A stretch of DNA of 63,595 nt, filler included, from Octopus bimaculoides (taxonomy: Eukaryota), in assembly GCF_001194135.2 (NCBI RefSeq). It is 3 parts of 3 records of this genome, joined end to end, with 100 filler letters (N's around TTAATTAATTAA, not from the genome) between each part and the next. Parts side by side here need not be neighbours in the genome. Positions count along the whole stretch, not along the records: positions 36,525 to 63,595 come from NC_068981.1; 2 more parts are not named here. One strand, given 5' to 3'. The notes under the pieces are model-generated. The model did not search any database and was not told the DNA's origin. It saw only the letters and a program-made list of their open reading frames with translations. Below are positions 63,565 through 63,595 of the stretch, one piece after another; within the stretch, counting starts at the first letter, position 1; each line of letters begins with the position of its first letter. A program made the position numbers and the translations under genes.

Positions 63565-63595
<31 letters not shown>

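Overview
AT-rich eukaryotic genomic DNA packed with microsatellites, with ten N-gaps. The SINE, Helitron and palindromic repeat families suggest an octopod cephalopod (probably Octopus); this is inferred from remembered repeat sequences, not from a search. No intact, nameable protein-coding gene could be identified. Nearly all ORFs in the supplied track are translations of (TA)n/(CA)n/(AAT)n repeats or N-runs. The recognisable coding sequence is decayed transposon: (1) a near-complete Chapaev3-type (CMC) transposase pseudogene with its right TIR and TTA flank (18.6-20.4 kb), preceded by a Tc1/mariner fragment; (2) an internally deleted Helitron (54.1-57.5 kb) with an OTU protease-like domain, Rep HUH motifs, the PIF1 helicase C-terminus and a CTAG 3' end; (3) a Charlie-type hAT MITE, two piggyBac-type MITEs, several LINE fragments and about 20 tRNA-derived SINE copies. 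The most unusual observations are an inverted pair of diverged exon-like sequences (33.2-34.3 kb), several minimal hammerhead-ribozyme-like motifs, a 24-bp perfect hairpin (24.9 kb), a 111-bp-arm palindrome (36.5-36.9 kb) and a sharp switch to CpG depletion from about 37.9 kb, which suggests an unidentified methylated gene body. Two artificial 100-bp scaffolding pads (20.9 and 36.5 kb) make long-range adjacency uncertain. Peptide motifs were read by hand and family assignments rest on recall.
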